Shown here piece by piece: positions 24,006 through 37,723 of a DNA stretch of 64,000 nt. The stretch covers positions 30,628,001-30,692,000 of the forward strand of contig OZ004607.1 of assembly GCA_963924565.1 (NCBI GenBank). Reading direction: 5' to 3'. The position numbers were made by a program, and so were the translations under genes. Under the pieces are notes generated by a model that did not search any database, was not told the DNA's origin, and saw only the letters and a program-made list of their open reading frames with translations. Origin of the DNA: Ascidiella aspersa (lineage: Eukaryota). The first letter of the stretch is position 1; every line of letters starts with the position of its first letter.

Positions 24006-25484
24006 ATACATTTCGCGTTGTATTCTCTGTAACGGCTACACTTTCAATTTAACTACCTAGCAGTGTGTTACTCCTGTCTAATTGATTTGACACGGTGGTG
24101 CAAGTGGTTTGACGCGTCGCCTTGGAGATATCGCAAATTAAACAAACGAGGTTGGGTTTAATCGACACGACGAGTTGGTAAATATTTTCCCAGCACTTGC
24201 CAACATATGCTACACATAAGCGTTAAAGCGATGGCCAAATGGTAAATTTTAATCCTCTTAGGCGGGGTTTTTAATTAAAGTTTCGAAATGACATTTTGAT
24301 TCTACACTCGCGACTAACGTTATAAATCACGCTGCTAAAATAGTACAAATCGTGAAATCACCACCCCCCCCCCCCCCTACAATTCAGAACCCATTTGTTG
24401 TTTTGATGGACAGGTAATAAAAGCAAGATCATGCTATTTGCGACAAAGCAATATTCTTGACGAACAGTTGTTATTATTTTAAATTTAAACCGTCTTGTTC
24501 ACATTGATTTCATACGATTAATTGTTTGTTTTAATTTTACTATATTTCAAATGAACACTTGAATGTGTTATTGGGAAACTATATTAGATTCAAATTACAA
24601 AGTGTTTACTAAATTAATTACGCAGCAACCTAATTCCAACAGATTTTTATTAGAGGCGGATTATTTTGTGAATGTAATTTCGTTATTTAACCACTTGATT
24701 GAAGGGGAGAGAGAAGGGGGTACGTGTATAAAAATACTTACAATAAAAGTGAATTCATTACAAGAATAATTTGAATAATATAACGTAATGTTTTTTACAA
24801 CTTCTATAAATTATAAAGTCCGGTTTTAACATTTTAAAGTTGTTGCATTTACGCCCACTCTCTATAAGACACAGCAAATGTTGGAATATAGGAAAAAAGG
24901 CGCACCTTTCATTTTGTTCCTTAAAAGACAATTCGAACGGTTTCTTCCGCATATCGAATGCACTGCAGGCAACAAATAAATCCCGTATACAAGTATATTT
25001 CAAAAAACACTCAAAATACCGATACAAGCATCCCAACAAGATTACAATAAATAACAAGCTTTGCAAGATTTGGCAATGAAATCTCCTTAATAGGTCGGCA
25101 GTCATATAAAACAGCATATTTTCACGAAGTTATTGAGGTATTGTCCGATTAAGAGAAAGAACGAGTAATGACGACGAAAAATAAACAAAACTAAGGCGGC
25201 GTTAAGATTGTTATACAATAAATTAAATAACAAAACTAGCAATGTGCAACTTGGTAAAGGAAACAACAATACGATAAAGCAAAGAAACGGCGAAGATGCT
25301 AATGTAGTTTAAAATTCAAATAATCGAGACACATCTGTTCTGCGTATATATATTTAGACAAGTAATCGGACAAAAACAGACCAAGTGGAGTAAAACTCGC
25401 TAATGCATACATACACAAATAATTAAAATATTCTTTAACCCTTGCAGTTTTTGATAAAAGGAAAAACATTTTAAGCCGTTTCAA

Positions 25485-28400
25485 TTACATAGGGGTGGCA
25501 GCAATGCTTTTTGAATATGTGGTATTCGCGGTGCCGCCCCTGCTCGATGTCAAAGCGTCCGATTGGGAGGATTGACGTTTACCACAAGAAAACACGGAAC
25601 ACAACACGCCAACTATGGCATCGGAATACAGCAGGGGGTTAATCGCGCTGTTAGTTGGAAGCAAGATTCCGGCGCTGATAGCGTACACCACCATCGGCAA
25701 ATGGACACCGGAAAGTTGTATAAAGGCCAGTGTGCAAAGCGGAACCCAGCAAGCAAAATCAGTAAGAATAAGACGCGTTATGCGGCTTTGCATCTTTTTC
25801 GAACGCTTGCTACTGAACTTTCCAGCTCGTCTGGTGCTCAGGCGGTAAATGACCACGTAGCTTACGACCATGTAGAGAAAGAGAAGAAAATTAAGAAGGA
25901 TAAGGAAAGTGGAAAAACCCCAGCCAGCGTCACCGACGTTTACGAAAAGTCGAGGCATGCACACGCTCGTCTCACCGTAGTAACCTATCTCGCCTTTTAT
26001 GGGCAAGTACGGAAGCTTGGATTCAATAAAATCCAAAGTGTTCGACCATGAGGAAATGTTTGTTTGTCCCATCGTTAATGCAAGGGTGTTCACATCTGCC
26101 TTATCTACTTGGTCAGATTTGTAAAAGTAGTTCGGAAACCAAACCCCGGACACAAAGTAGCCAGAGGTCGGGAACATTAAAGGAAAAGTGGCGATTAAAA
26201 TTGCCAAAATCCAGGACGCTGCCACTGCCAACCTTCCCCAGATTATTTTGAGCGTGGAGGTTATAAAAGGTCGAAATATAGTGACAAGGCGAAATGTGGT
26301 CATAAATGTCATTATGAACACGGAGGTTTCAGTGGAAATAACGACAAGGACTCCCAAAAACGAACACGACCCGCTCGTACGCCATGGTTTGTCATGGAAG
26401 CAATACGAACCAGAAAATTGGGCCGTTTTAATGCAAATCGTTAAAAGGTAAATGCCCATTAAAAAATCGGACACGGAAAGGTTGAGTACGAATAACGAGT
26501 TATATTGCAACACTTTTGACATTTTGTCGGTAACCATTATATTCTTTGCTGTGGTGGCGAACACAACGATATTACCGGCAATTGATAACAGCGCCATAAT
26601 CCAAAATACGGCAAGAATAATTTTGTTACCAATCAGCTCGTATTGCGAGGAAAACACAGTTACTTTGTCGGTTTGCGGCGGGCATTCGTCGCTTCCGTCA
26701 GCGCAGTCCCACTTGCCATCCTCCACCTGGCTTTTCGCCACCGATATCGGTTTCTTATCGCGACAATAGAAGCGTTTATCAGCGCAACGTGCCTTAGTCT
26801 CGTCTTCTCCGTTTTCACAGTTAATTATACCATCACACACATTGTTGACGTCGATGCTGACTGATACACCGTTTGCGCAATAGAACCTTTTGGAGCAGTT
26901 TTTTTCGTCGAACCCAAGGGGGCAAAACGGTTTGTCAATGTAGCTCGAAGCGGTATCATTTTGCCCGTCGCAGTATCGGTCTCCGATGGGATAATACAAG
27001 CGACAGGGATCGTCGCAAAACCATGGTTTTGTCGGGCAGTTTTCACATTCGTCGGACAAGTCGTTGCATTGCGGCCGGCCGTCGCACAGCACAGCTTCAA
27101 TTGGGCCTGAAGCAGCGACACAACTGATTGTTTTCTGCCTTTCCGAGTTGATGCAGGCCACTGTGTTCGTGCTGTTTGTGCATTTGTAATCCCAATTGCA
27201 CAGAACAGTGGTTTCCGCCAGGCAACCGACAGTTTCGTTGCAATATAGTTCACCGGGCGGGCAAACGGTCTTCGATATCCCGCGCACATCGTTGCAGGCA
27301 GTTTGATTTGCGCAAAAGCACTCGTCTGAGAGATCGTTACAGTCCACAACACCGTCACAGACCTGCTTGGGAGAGATTATAAGTCGCTTATCAAAGCACT
27401 GAAAACAGTTCATCGTCCCGTTAGCGAAACACAAATCGGATCCGTCGGAGCACTGTGCAATGTCGTCATACAAATTTATTTGGGGAAGAATGCAGGTAAA
27501 CGTCGAATAACCGGTGGCGCATTTAAATCCTGGAAGGTTGTATCGCTCATCGCTTGAGTCGCTGCATTCGTTATTGCCGTCACAAAATAGATTGGCTATT
27601 ATAACTTCCTTATTGTCGCAAACAAAAGGTTCTCTGCAGCCAGGGTGCCCTGCCCCACACGTGGTTGAAATACAGGCCCACTCTGGTATTTTTTCTCCTA
27701 TTGTGTTGTTGATAAAAGTTTTACTCAACACCGGAAAGCAGTGCGTCAGCGAAGCATTTTCGTACTGCAACATTTTTTCTTTGGCTTGTAAATCGGGGCA
27801 GTACATGGCCTTTGTTTGGCAATTGTTATCGCAGAAGTTAAAATTGGTCACACAGGGTTCGTCGTCACCGCCGAAACAGTTCGCTTTCCCATTATTCACT
27901 AAAGATCTATCGATACAACCCTTGTTGGAAACGCAACTCGAGTCGTTGAATATGCAGCCGCATATGACTTGCCCGCTTGTGCAATTGCATTCTAGTTCTC
28001 CACTCCAGTCGCCACAGTCGTTCAATCCGTCGCAAACTTGCCAAGGCTGAAGGCATCCGTTTTTGAAATGGCAAGTCTTGTTTTCTCTAGCATAACACGC
28101 GCAAGGAGTCTTTTGAGCGGGACACGAGCAATTTGCTTCGTCGCTCCAATCTCCACAATTGTTAATCCCGTTGCATACGCGGTTTTCTGATACACATCCT
28201 GGTCCGGCTCCACAGCCTTGATAGTTGCAAGAACACTCGAAGCTTTTCGGCGGGCAGGTGCAGTTGTTTTCGTCGCTCCAATCGCCACAGTCGTTCACAA
28301 GGTCACAGCGTCTCTCCCCGCTTACGCTTTCGGCATAGCAAACTGCTGAAACGTTTGACGAACTACAGGCACATTGGAAAAAGTTGCAGTTCTGTTCGTC

Positions 28401-31157
28401 GCTCCAATCCCCGCAGTCGTTTAAGTGATCGCACACTCTCTTCTGTTCCAAGCATCCGATGTTAACGTCGCATGTGATTGGTGATGTTTTATAGCAGTCG
28501 CACATGAACTTGCCAGCGCCGCATGAACACGTGTCTTCGTCGCTCCAATCGCCACACTCGTTCTTACCGTTGCATTCAAGTCGGTAGCCTACGGCCAGAT
28601 ACCTCCCTGTGCAGGAATCGTTGGAAGCGCAAGTGCAAGTGAAGAGATCACTGGAGGGGTAGGTGCAGTTCAACTCGTCGCTTCCGTCCAAGCAGTCAGT
28701 GTATCCATCGCATACCTTATCGCTGCTGATGCACCAATTATCTCCAGCACAAGCATCGGAAGCAACATTAGCACACTTGCATTGAAACTTGGGCGCCTGG
28801 CATTTACAGGAGCGTTCGTCGGAGTGATCCGAGCATTGGTAGGTTCCGTCGCAAACTTTGTCCAATGTTACACTTGCGACGTTGCCCGAGCAGGTTTGGT
28901 TGTTGGTAAAGCACTCGCAATTAAACCGTTTATAGTCAAACGTGCAGCCAAGTTCGTCACTCCAATCGCCACAGTCGTCTATTCCGTCGCAGACATATTT
29001 CTTTCGGTTGACACATCCAGGTGAAGTGTTGCAGCCAAGTCTGTTGCAATTGCACACAAACTCTCCCTTGGCACACGGGCAGTTAATTTCGTCACTCCAG
29101 TCGCCGCAGTCGTTGTTAAGATCGCAAACAAACTCCCAAGAAATGTACGAGGGATTGGGTGAGACGCATGATCCATTACTTGCGCATGCGCAGTAGAACT
29201 GGGGCTTAGCAAACTGGCAGTCGTGTTCGTCACTTCCGTCAGGGCAGTGGTTAATTCCATCGCATTTTAACATTAACGGAATACAGCTGGTTGGTTCTTG
29301 ACATTTGCCGTTTACGTAGCGACAACCGCAAGAAAATTGCCCGGCACATTGGCAGTCGGCTTCGTCGCTTCCGTCGGAACAATCGCTTTTCCCGTCGCAG
29401 GTCTGATGCTCCAAGATGCACACTTCCGGGTAGGCGCACGTGTTGTTATCTTGGCACGTACAGCGGTAAGTCCCACTCGGACAAGTGCAGTTGAGCTCGT
29501 CTGTGCCGTCCATGCAATCCAAACGACCGTTGCAAATGTCACCCTCGTTATAGCACCCCTGCCCATGATAACAGTGCTGGGTTCGAAGTGGGCATCCGCA
29601 TTGATATTCTTGAGGAGAACAGAGGCAGTCTTTCTCGTCGGCTTTGTCAGGGCAGTCATTTGCGCCGTCACAAAGCCATCTTTTTGGAATCGCTGTTGGC
29701 TTGTTTCGACCGCTAAGTGTTGAAAAGTAGTACTTCAAATCTTTGGTTCTTGATGGACAGAAGCAGTTGATAGAATTCCGGCTAGGATCCAGGCGAACGG
29801 TGTTGCACCAATCTAAATACAGAACCAACTTCAGATGTTAAACGTATAAACAATATGGTTTTAGTTGAGGTACCCTTTTCCTTTTCGTTTATTTTGTATA
29901 AAATGTTAACTTGTTTTTACGATGTTTTGGTGTACTGTAGACCTTAATATTGTAGACCTTTAAAAATATGTTTGCATTATTTATGTCATTTACGAAGATC
30001 TTACGAATAATCGGTAAATATTCTATTTTTTTAACCTGGGCAACGTCGGGTATTTCGTCTAGTCATCTATAAAGACAAGGTCTTTTTGAAATACCTTAGT
30101 CACTTAGTTTCACACCTAATATTTTCGGTATCGTTAAGCTATGTTGCACGTTTCGTGTTGAAGTAAATATTTGTTTAGGCGCAGCAAAATATTGTTTGGT
30201 ATATTCGCATATTAGCAAGTAATACTGTCCTCGGTACCCATAAAAATGTCTCTAGGTCCGAAAGCAGTGCAGTCCCAAACAGCGCAAACTAAAAATCTAA
30301 CGCTGTTAGCAGTTTAACTAACAAAGTCTGTCAAGTTATTTTCCGAAGGTAAAGTTATGCTAATAATATTTATATATTATGGAAAGTGCGTTTAGCAAAA
30401 CGCTGTAAGCCTGACAAACATTCGCATTCGCATAGGTAAATGATGCCGATACCTATATTAGCCGTATTGTGTTTAATTTATTTAGGCTGGCCGATGGTTT
30501 GAATGTTTTTCGCTCAACACAAACCAAGTTGAACGAAGAAAACCTATTTTTAATTAACGTACTGTTCTCAAATGCCTATACCTGTGGAAGCTGTAACATA
30601 AATCGGGCACATTAAAGTGAACATATTGCCTTTGATGGTTATCCGTTTCAAATCGCAATACAAATATTAATTATTGTTGTACACCAGTGGTCACCCAGTT
30701 TTTTCCTGAACTAAAGGATCGGATACCTGGAAGCCTGATCACCTCGGGCCGGATAAAAGTTTGTGTCAAACTTTATTGACTTGTTGATCGCTCAACGAAG
30801 CTAATATAAAAAAAGATGGAACCGTAACTGTAAAAAGTGTAAAGCGCCTTAATCGTCCAGTTTACAAAGTCACCACAATGTGGTTTGGAATTGCATCAAA
30901 GAACGTTTTAACTGTAGTTCATCTATTTTAAGAAAATATGCCGCACGCCGGTTTTATTAACCCTGGGGCCCGATCCAGCCCGCGGACTCTAGTTTGGTGA
31001 CTCCTGCTGTACACAATTACTATTTAGTGCAAACTAACGTGATCGTAAAACAATTTGTCTACATACCGTAATACGGAACCCATTCTTTGAGTTGCAAGGA
31101 CCCAGATGGGGCCATCCAAACTATTCCCAGTAAAACAGTAACAGCCGTCCAACGCAT
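25485..31157 (-). CDS. LDLa-repeat GPCR (RXFP/GRL101-like, no LRRs) copy B, intact ~1472 aa; exons 31157-31067 and 29812-25485
   Basis: Signal peptide MRWTAVTVLLGIVWMAPSGS; ~22 CxxxxDCxDxSDE-type LDLa modules; LGR-type 7TM motifs GN (TM1), NLSVSDFLMGIYLL (TM2), WRTSxxC, YYGETSVCMP, DFACWVP and NSAINPLLY; uninterrupted 4.3-kb exon. Confidence 0.92.
30685..31006. mobile_element. hAT-type MITE in the intron of receptor copy B
   Basis: TIRs CAGTGGTCACC / GGTGACTCCTG; TSD TTGTACAC / CTGTACAC; same position as the MITE in copy A. Confidence 0.72.
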
Positions 31158-32689
31158 TATTAAGTAGTCGAAAAGTTCTGCATAGAGAAAGAGCATTAGA
31201 TCCCTTATTTCATTTCCCTTTAATCTTGTGAACCCTTATACAACGATATCCTACATTGCCAAAATACAATCAGACCTTGCTAAAACATTCATTTATATTT
31301 ACCGCAGAAAAAGCGCACAGTCGGAGGATGCTGTTACTCCATTCATTTAAATATTAATGTTTGTATGCACAGACTGTCATTTGTAACGTTTTTAGCTAAA
31401 TACTCGCATGCATTTTGAGTCATAAGTGCCAATGAATAGGTGGAGTCGATATTCGTGTATTTGTTTCTACTAAAACAGTATTCGTTCAGCGTTTCATGAT
31501 AGTGCATGTCACATATATAGATATAAGAGCTCGAACTACTGATATATTAGGATTTATATGTTAAATCACACAACCCGGAATACCCAATCTGGAAGTTTTT
31601 CGTGTTACTCGTTACATATTTAATTTAGGAGCATGAGCAATAGTAACTTGCATCCTAAATTGTAGCAAATCCGACTGATTTTATTTAATGATCACTTTCA
31701 CAAGCCGTGGATATATTGCAGGGTCTAATCTATAGTGCTTCTTAACTTTTTAATTATAGCATCTATATTATATTTAGTACCTAGTTATTACGAATAACTT
31801 CGCTAAATAATAGTTTAGTCTAGCGCCTACAGCCCGCTATGGAAGATTGTCAGGTGCGAAACAGATTATTTTGGCTAAAATGCAAATTGAAAAAAAAAGG
31901 GCATTTCAAGTTTTTTTCTTTCAATTTCGGCTTAGATCATTAGGCAACGTGTACAATAAAGATTATTTACCATTAAGGATATTTTATAAAAACTTGCAAG
32001 GAATTCAAGAGAATACTCGCTCTCGGTTTGTCTCCCAGATGCGCCATAACGTAAAAAGTTTAAGAAACTCTTGCTTGGTCAGTGCAAAGTTACTCGTAGA
32101 CGGTATACCAGAAAGCGCAAATTGACGGAATAATAGGGACAAGCATAATCAGTTCAAAATGATGTCAGTCGTATAATATAGACTCTCCTAGTTTTACGTG
32201 GCGTCATAAGTAAGCAATATTAAGAGAAACACACAGTCGGTTATATTTTTTATAAAGTTTAGGTTAAAAAAGTGCTACTTTTAATATAAAAGCTGCATTA
32301 TAAAGATACCATCGATTCGCTCAAAGCGAAAAAAACGCCTTTACATATGTTAAGTTACATAAACTTGCAGGATTGAGATGAAACTGACAATGACTCAACA
32401 TACTGAAAACAAAAATGTTTGCATTTAGGTAGTTAAAATAGACAAATACTTTTGCATTTATATAATAAAACGGCCGATACAATGATATAAAATCAAAAAC
32501 ATATTTGTCATGATGGCTGAACAAGCACGAATATTAATTTACCTCCTTCTAAACGCAAAACGACAAATAGAACATTTTGTATTAATGATTTATTTTGCTT
32601 CGTTTGATAATGAATCAAGTACGACCTAAATCCGCCATTTTTTAAGGCAATTTCATGAAGATTAAAGCTTAGCATTGCGAATGCTGGAT

Positions 32690-34230
32690 CCTATTCACTT
32701 CAAATGTTTTGCATTGCAAATTCGCAACCACAAAAATGCAACCGAAAAGTCCGAATAGTGTTTGCAATAAAAGGTTTTTGATTTGTACACCAAACAAACA
32801 ACATAACCCTACACATGTGATATTTTAATGTTGCCGCACATTTGTTTTTTTAGGCGATTGCGTGTTTTCAGCAGGAAAACACGACCAAGCGAAATGCACG
32901 ATCTGCCAAAAGTCACCGCAGGCAGATAATGCTGGCCAAAGGTATAACATTTGGTCGGTTCATGCAGGTCAACCATTGAAGCTCTTTTAGTGGCTTCGTA
33001 ACATCCTAATTTTTCGCATATCATCAACGCTCCCCAAAGTACAACTTTTAAACGTTGTCGGTCAAAAAAAAAACTGTATAGCTTCTAGCCCCCTACAATA
33101 TCAATGCCGCATCGAATTGCCGAACAGCTTTACGATGGTTTGTTTATCTGGTACTCCGTAAAAAAGTGAAAAACTCCAAAACCAGTTTTGGTATGAACTT
33201 AAATCCAAATAATAAACTTAACAAACGTAATTGAGATCCTTATAGAAAAGCAAATATTTTATCACTCAATTAGTGTCATAGTCAGACTTGAACAATAGAC
33301 AATAATTTTAGTTTTCTAATTCAATGAATAAGAGAAAATGTGGCCAATTCTAATTGTTATCTAATTTGTGAATTGCTTGTGTTCTCTTATAATAGTCCCA
33401 ATCTAACCGGATTGTGCCAAAAATGGTACCTTTTTCAACGGCATTTTTAGTGTCGCACTTTGCCCTGTTTTTTCTGACTACGGTTTAAGGTTTTACATCC
33501 TGCGAACATCGTCGTTTCTAGTCGTTGCCCGCAAACAGATAATGTTGTCTCGCTATAGCTTTAGCACTATAAACCAACTACCCGTTGTCAACAAATTGTT
33601 TTTTGCAATACACAATAATAAGAACGGTATTTAAAAAAATACAGCGATGGGATGCTATTCCTTTCAAATGTTTTGCATTGCAAATTCGCAAGCACTAAAA
33701 TGCATCCGATAATCCGGCAATCGAGTTTGCGCAAATCTAGACCTTACTTCTGGAGAAATTTTTCGGCAACAAAAAAGTCTTGATTCCTACACCAAACAAA
33801 CAACACAACCCCACAGATGATATATTTGAACGTTGTTGCACATCTGTTCTTTAGGCGACTGCGTGTTTTCGACAGGAAAACACGACCAAGCGAAAAGCAT
33901 GGTCTACCAAAACTTACTCAAATGTATTGCGTGCCAAAGGTATAACGAAGTCGATGTATGTAGGTCAACCACTGAAGTTCTGCAAATATTTAAGGCAGTG
34001 TTTTCCAACCTTTTTATACTAGGGCCCCTTGTGTTCTATATTAGTTAAAAACACGACCGACCAAGCGAAAAGCACAGTCTTTCAAATGTAACCGCAGGCA
34101 AATGCAATTCTGGCCAAAGGTTAACGAAGTCGGTGCATACAGGTCAACCACTGAAGTTGTGCAAATATTTAAATTTTAAGGGCTTCGTTTGATCGTAATT
34201 TATCGCCTATTATTAACGCTCGTACAACAT
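32690..34230 (-). repeat. Tandemly duplicated upstream block of copy B (32690-33270 and 33650-34430; sub-repeat 33870-33990 / 34050-34170), homologous to 10830-11310
   Basis: TTCAAATGTTTTGCATTGCAAATTCGCAA, ACACCAAACAAACAACA, AAAACACGACCAAGCGAAA and AGGTCAACCA.TGAAG recur two to three times here and once, inverted, upstream of copy A. Confidence 0.75.
33285..33600 (+). repeat. Repeat copy, close paralog of 35255-35575
   Basis: Shared CTGACTACGGTTT.AGGTT, CATCGTCGTTTCTAGTCGTTGCCCGCA and TTAGCACTATA...CCGTTGTCAACAA. Confidence 0.72.
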
Positions 34231-36590
34231 GTTAACATTCTCTGTCACTTGGCATCAAATAGTAAAGTCGGTTTTACAATGTCAACGCCACATCGATTTG
34301 CCGGACAGCTTCCACGCGGGTTTGTGTATCTGCTATATTTTTTAAAAGAGTGAAAAATTCCGAAACCCGTTCTGGTATAGACTTCAATAGAAATAATAAA
34401 CTTAACAAACATATTGAGACCCTTGAAAAAGGTTTAAGTGTTCTAGCAAATACTTTATAACATATTTTATTCCAACTAGAACTAACTAACTATAGCTAAT
34501 TAATCCATGCATTCGTGTGGACTCAACTTTTCTGCAGCTAAAATCGGCCGTGATTAGCGTTTAATAACACCCTCTGTGTTACAACGTTACCGCTCCCATT
34601 CAGTTTTTACAAGCTATTGACAACTTTTCAGTTGATTTATCGTTTTGTTTTTGCTTTCTCTGGCTGATTGATAACGCCAACATCCGCTTTTTGTGCCGAT
34701 GATGCTTTCTCTTTTAAACAATCGGCGATGGGCTCCAATTTAATGAGGTGATATCCTATTTGTAGTGTACGCAGCTCTTTTGAGTTAAACTTTAAAGCAC
34801 AGCATCACCTTCCACTAACGTTTTCAAAGAATAGAGCTTGCGGGCATTATGTTTCGCTTAGATCAGCGATCCCTAATATAATCATCCACTGCAACGACCA
34901 AGGTTTAACAGCACTCTCGCCTTTTGATAGAACTTTTAAACTTTGATAACACTACGGTTTGTCAAAACTTTTTTCGCGCGCAATTGCGCTTCGGCCATGG
35001 CTCTAGGCACTTTTGCTATTTCTACGGAGGCGGATTATTCCGCTGTAATTCTCAAATGTGAGACAGGTGTAGGTAAGTTGTTCCGTGCACATTCTTTGGA
35101 GTTGGCAGTCAACAAAGCTGACAGTCATCAATGATTTGCAGGTAAAATGACAACCCTTTTAAATAAAAAAAAAAACTGAATGCAAAAAAAAAAAACGCCC
35201 TAATGATTGATACAACAGCCAAAGAAGTGCAGAATCAAACCACAGTTCCTCTTTAGGCTTGGACAACTAGACAATTCTAATTTTTTACGAATTCAACGAA
35301 TTAGAGCAAAATGTGGCTAAATTTTAACTGTAATCCAATTTGTGAATTGCTTATTCTAGTTGTAATCTAACCAGATTTTACCAAAAAATGCTACTTTGCC
35401 CAAAGGCATTTTTAGTCTCACACTTTACCTTGTTTTCTTCTGACTACGGTTTTAGGTTCCACAGCCCGCGGACATCGTCGTTTCTAGTCGTTGCCCGCAT
35501 TCAGATAATGCTGTCTCGTTAGTTTTAGCACTATACCAACTCCCCGTTGTCAACAACATTTATTTGCAATAAACAATGACAAGGATTGGGTTTGAAAAAG
35601 ACAGCTAGACCCAAAGGACACCAGGAATACATTTTGCCATCGGAAGACTGTACCTTAACATATTTTTTAAACGTGGTCATTATGTAGTATAAAGTATGTA
35701 TTCCCTTGTTCGCCGAAATAAACATTATATGGCTGACATTTAAAAGAGGATATTTTCCGTTTCGGGTGCCCGGTATTTTAACCTTTCAAACTTTGAAGCT
35801 AATCCACAAATACTAGTGCTTCAAGTAGCTGCAGGCAATTTGGGAGTTTATCGGTGTTTATTTGCAAAAAAACACAAATCTCGGTGGCTTGATAGCCCAC
35901 CCGCACTTCGCACATCTGGTAATGCAAAGTCGTTGTGATAGCGAAGCGTTTTAAAGATTTTCGGAGAGTAAAGTAATAGCAAAAACGAAACGTATAATTT
36001 GCCTTCAAATTCACCCCTATAACTGCAATATTTTGTTTGCAAATCGTAAAATAGACGTACGATCGCGTTTAACGTTTCATCTTTTTTTAGAAAGTGGCGC
36101 ACGATTTTTGGTTCAACATCATTCGGTACTGATTGCGGTACGATTTCTATTTTTGGTGCTTTTGGAGTAGCTTACAAGTTGTTTGGGTGTCAACCTCAGC
36201 TGATTAACTGAACGTGGCTACTTCATAAACATAAATAAAACACGCGGGGGAGTGCTGAGTGCCTAATTGGAACCGTTGCCTGTCGAAAAACGGTGGGTTT
36301 GCGTTCATGGAAGTTTTTTTAGTCATTTTTACACAATTACCTTTCGCAGGTGCCTATTTTGCGACTTTGTCCTCAAGATACAAAATTTAATAGCCTTGTT
36401 TGATCGTTTCTGGTGAAACAATCGTATACCTCAAATCTTATTGGGAATAAAGAAAAAAAAAAACACGCGATGTATTTTTTCAAACAAGGTGCCGATTTTA
36501 TACAAAATGTTTAAAAACCCTCAGAAATGAGACTTTAAGCTGAAAAAATAACGCCCTGTTCTAACTTTCCCGCGAACAATAGGCTACACA

Positions 36591-36931
36591 CATGAGCGGA
36601 TCTAGATTTTTTATGGGGGGTCTTATTTTTTTAGGTTAGATAGGTGTTACTTTTAGTACAAAAGCTACATTACAAAGATGTCATCGATTTGCGGAAAGCG
36701 AAAAAACGCCTTTATATCATTTAACTTGCCAAAATTTTCATTTTCGATAGTGTTATGAGACGCACGACGCCTTTAAGCTAACACAAATTCAGCGAAATAG
36801 ATAAAGAAATAATAGCAACGCCAACCAGAATCGCGCGGAGCGCTAAAAGTGTTTTCATTTACGTCATAAAAATAGGCAAAAAATACAATTTGGGGAGCAC
36901 TTGGCCACATGGGCCTCCTAGATCGCCCCTG
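36591..36931. mobile_element. hAT-type MITE (GGCGGATCTAG-type ends)
   Basis: CATGAGCGGATCTAG / CTAGATCGCCCCTG; TSD GCTACACA / GATACAGA; an internal fragment recurs at ~32270-32350. Confidence 0.55.
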
Positions 36932-37723
36932 GATACAGATGCTATTGAGCGGAGACCATGGCTAAACGTAATATAAAAAAAAATAATGCGACCTAAACGC
37001 TGTTGCACAAGTTTTACGAATAAATGATTATCGGATAGATACCAGTAGCCCCTAAAAATTTCCACTGGAAAGTCTTCGCTGTTCAATATTTTTCTCGAAA
37101 ATTCTATGAACTTTGACTATGCAAACAGTAAGTTATGCCGCTTGATTTTGTCGCCTCTTGTCGTACTGCCACTTTTTAGATTTTGTTTCTGTTCCCTTGC
37201 AACAAAAATGCTCACTGGAAGTTAGGACGCATGAGTGTGTCACCGACAAGAGAGAAATGCGAAACTAACAACGCTTACACAATATAACCTAAAACTTGCC
37301 GGTCGTACACCGCAATGCGGGATATCCGCTAACATTGACACATTTCGTGCGGCAGACATTAATGCAAACTTCAATCAAATTTATGACATGGGATTTTCTC
37401 ACATCATGGCGCGCGAAATCCTAGTCGGGCCGACTGTTTATGTTCGGCTTCCTAAAGGCTGTATAGTTTAGCACTGTTTATATCCTTTTGAAAAGCTTAT
37501 GCATGGACCAGATACAGCAGGGTTTGACAACCTGTTCGAGCCGTAATAACTTTTAACTGGCATTTTTTTGAAACGTGTTAACTGTCAAACAGGGTCGGGC
37601 CTAGAATTTTTGCGATTAAGATTGGGTCTAATTTTACACATAAAAAGAAGGCAGGGAAGCGTTTAACATAAATCCCTTTTGTTTGGTATAAAAATTTGAA
37701 TCCAAACGGCGTTATCCATGCGG

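Noticed and set aside
10540-34750. A and B as two haplotypes mis-assembled side by side
   Set aside because: They are inverted, separated by a unique MS4A gene, and their non-coding parts look too diverged with many indels. Long reads would confirm.
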